Of a stretch of DNA of 32,000 bases, positions 30,389-32,000 are shown in pieces. A model generated the notes under the pieces. The model worked only from the letters and a program-made list of their open reading frames with translations. It had not been told where the DNA came from and made no database searches. The position numbers and the translations under genes are program-made. Within the stretch, counting starts at the first letter, position 1, and every line of letters starts with the position of its first letter. Origin of the DNA: an archaeon GW2011_AR10 (lineage in GTDB: Archaea > Iainarchaeota > Iainarchaeia > Iainarchaeales > GW2011-AR10). The stretch lies in assembly GCA_000830275.1 (NCBI GenBank), contig CP010424.1, positions 690,001 to 722,000 on the forward strand, read 5' to 3'.

Positions 30389-30829
30389 ATGGCGGAAGAG
30401 AAGTACATCCAATTCGTGGCAAACTACGATGACTGGGTTGCGATTAAAAAACTCAAGGTTGAGCAGGCAACCGACCCAAAAACTGTTATGGAGTTTTTGG
30501 CTGGGCTCACTATTTCGATTGACGACAAGGTTGAAGCAAACCTCGGGAAAGCTGTTGACCTGAAAAAGCTTGACTCTGCATTAAACGAATTGAGTTTGGG
30601 TAAAGGCGATACTTCAAAAGCGCTGGCGGAAGTCAACGGCAGAAAAATTAATTCCATTATTGATGAAATAACTTCCAAGCCTGAGTTCCAGAAAAACGAG
30701 CAGAAAGAGCTTAAGGGATTCTGCAAGGCCTACGCAATGAAAAAGGCTTTGAAGGCATGCGGGCTGAACGTTGATTACTCTGGCGTTGAAATTCCAGGCA
30801 TGAAACGCCTCAAAAAAATAAAGGTTTAA
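30389..30829 (+). CDS. Hypothetical protein (146 aa)
   Basis: ATG preceded by AAGGTAGGTG. Soluble, helical-looking product; no recognised family. Confidence 0.6.
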   Translation: MAEEKYIQFVANYDDWVAIKKLKVEQATDPKTVMEFLAGLTISIDDKVEANLGKAVDLKKLDSALNELSLGKGDTSKALAEVNGRKINSIIDEITSKPEFQKNEQKELKGFCKAYAMKKALKACGLNVDYSGVEIPGMKRLKKIKV

Positions 30830-30925
30830 ATACCTCTTTTGCGTTACTTTAACTGATTTTAACGTGCTTGCTATCTAAAATCGAAGTGGAATCCTAAATA
30901 TAAAAAGAGTGTTTTTGTTTTGGCA

Positions 30926-32000
30926 ATGAAAAAATTTTATTTTTTAGTTCTGCTTGTTTTTCTCTTTAATGGATGTAGCCAGCCGAGTGATTCAGCTTAC
31001 TCTGAAAATGTTGAATTAAGCTTGGACCAAATAAAGGAATTAACCGAGGAAAGCCCTGACACAAATGTTTCGGTTACTTTTTTCGGCGAGAACTCAATTC
31101 AGCGGAACATAGAAAAAATAAAAACCTCCTGCAAAAAAGATTTTCCAATTCAGCCTTACTATTTGATTGAAATACAAAAGACTGCTGGAAACATTGTTCT
31201 CTGGCTTAGCGTGGACTCACAACAAGTCGTTTGCTCAGTAAGAAAAGGAATCAAAGTTGATTCGTGCTTTAGCGAGCTTGACTGCGATGATGGTTTGGTC
31301 TCAACAATTGATAAGTGCGAAGGCACTCCAAGAACTTGCTCGCATGGAAGAATAACTGAATGCAGGGGCGGAGACAATTTTTGCCCCAGCAACTGTACAG
31401 CAGATTTGGATGGGGACTGTGTAAGGCAATGCACTTCTAACGATGATTGCAGTGACGAAAACATTTTAACGGAGGACATTTGTTATGGGTTAATAAAGGT
31501 CTGCACTTTCAAGCCTCTTGACAAAAAAGAGGCTGGAATTTGTGAAGAATTAGCAGACTGCGAAGATGACAACCCATGCACAATTGATTCCTGCACTGAC
31601 TCAAAATGCTCCCATGACCCCCTAATCAATGGCACTTTTTGTGATGATAGAAAAGAATGCTTCGATGGAGCCTGTGTCTCGGTTACAGAAAATGAAATGG
31701 TTGTAAAAAATATTGAGGCAGAACAATCTGGAGAGCGTGAAGTCAAAATTACTTGGACAACAAACAAGCAAGGAGACTCTACTGTTAAGTACGGTGTTTG
31801 GCCCAATGCCTCTTACGACAATATTGAGGAAATTAAAGAATATGTGGTAGACCATGAAGTTTTGTTGCAAAACATTTCAGTGGGAAAAAAGTATGTTTTT
31901 AAGGTTCGTTCCGCGGATAGGTTTGGCCAAACAGCTTCTGAGGTTGGCGGTGATAGGGAAACCTTTACTCTTTGCTTGGAAGAGTGCGATGACGGAAACA
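30926..32000 (+). CDS. Cys-rich lipoprotein/surface protein with an FN3-like domain (3' end outside the window)
   Basis: This ORF is not in the track because it has no stop in the window. I translated it manually from ATG 30926 and it is open to the window end (358 codons). It starts MKKFYFLVLLVFLFNGC (lipobox-like). Repeated Cys modules follow (CDDGLVSTIDKCEG..C, CEDDNPCTIDSCTDSKCSHDP, CDDRKECFDGAC). A beta-sandwich-like stretch comes next (EVKITWTTNKQGDSTVKYGVWPN...KKYVFKVRSADRFG). The three minus-strand track ORFs here are antisense shadows. Confidence 0.8.
   Translation, partial: MKKFYFLVLLVFLFNGCSQPSDSAYSENVELSLDQIKELTEESPDTNVSVTFFGENSIQRNIEKIKTSCKKDFPIQPYYLIEIQKTAGNIVLWLSVDSQQVVCSVRKGIKVDSCFSELDCDDGLVSTIDKCEGTPRTCSHGRITECRGGDNFCPSNCTADLDGDCVRQCTSNDDCSDENILTEDICYGLIKVCTFKPLDKKEAGICEELADCEDDNPCTIDSCTDSKCSHDPLINGTFCDDRKECFDGACVSVTENEMVVKNIEAEQSGEREVKITWTTNKQGDSTVKYGVWPNASYDNIEEIKEYVVDHEVLLQNISVGKKYVFKVRSADRFGQTASEVGGDRETFTLCLEECDDGN

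Overview
This is a gene-dense archaeal chromosome segment. The archaeal assignment rests on a family-B DNA polymerase, a type-2 methionine aminopeptidase, tRNA genes without encoded CCA, bulge-helix-bulge tRNA introns, an encoded G-1 on tRNA-His, and TATA-like boxes roughly 20-40 nt upstream of starts. Giant surface proteins, many tiny membrane proteins, ORFans and divergent housekeeping enzymes suggest a small-genome, DPANN-like archaeon, but that placement is inference only. I call 34 protein-coding genes: two are cut by the window edges, and several ORF-track starts are revised. I also call 7 tRNA genes: Arg-GCG, Leu-CAG, His-GUG, Thr-GGU, a CAU tRNA, Glu-CUC and Thr-UGU. Three of these contain introns. 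I saw no rRNA, CRISPR array, transposase, integrase or reverse transcriptase. The main leads are listed below.
1. Positions 1-12507 hold two tandem paralogous giant surface proteins, five 90-125 aa membrane proteins, coiled-coil proteins and a HerA/DUF87-like protein lacking both Walker motifs. This may be an undescribed cell-surface or cell-contact apparatus.
2. A 127-nt tRNA folds properly only as tRNA(CAU) with two introns, one at non-canonical position 30/31.
3. A ~60-nt hairpin element with an identical 22-mer sits directly upstream of two unrelated start codons, with degenerate copies nearby.
4. PolB motif A reads SLHPS, so the steric-gate tyrosine is replaced by histidine.
5. A putative two-gene toxin-antitoxin pair is bracketed by tRNA-Thr and a degenerate copy of that tRNA's 3' end.
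6. A two-gene membrane cassette is tandemly duplicated.
All homology statements come from motif recognition and by-eye alignment. No searches or folding programs were run.
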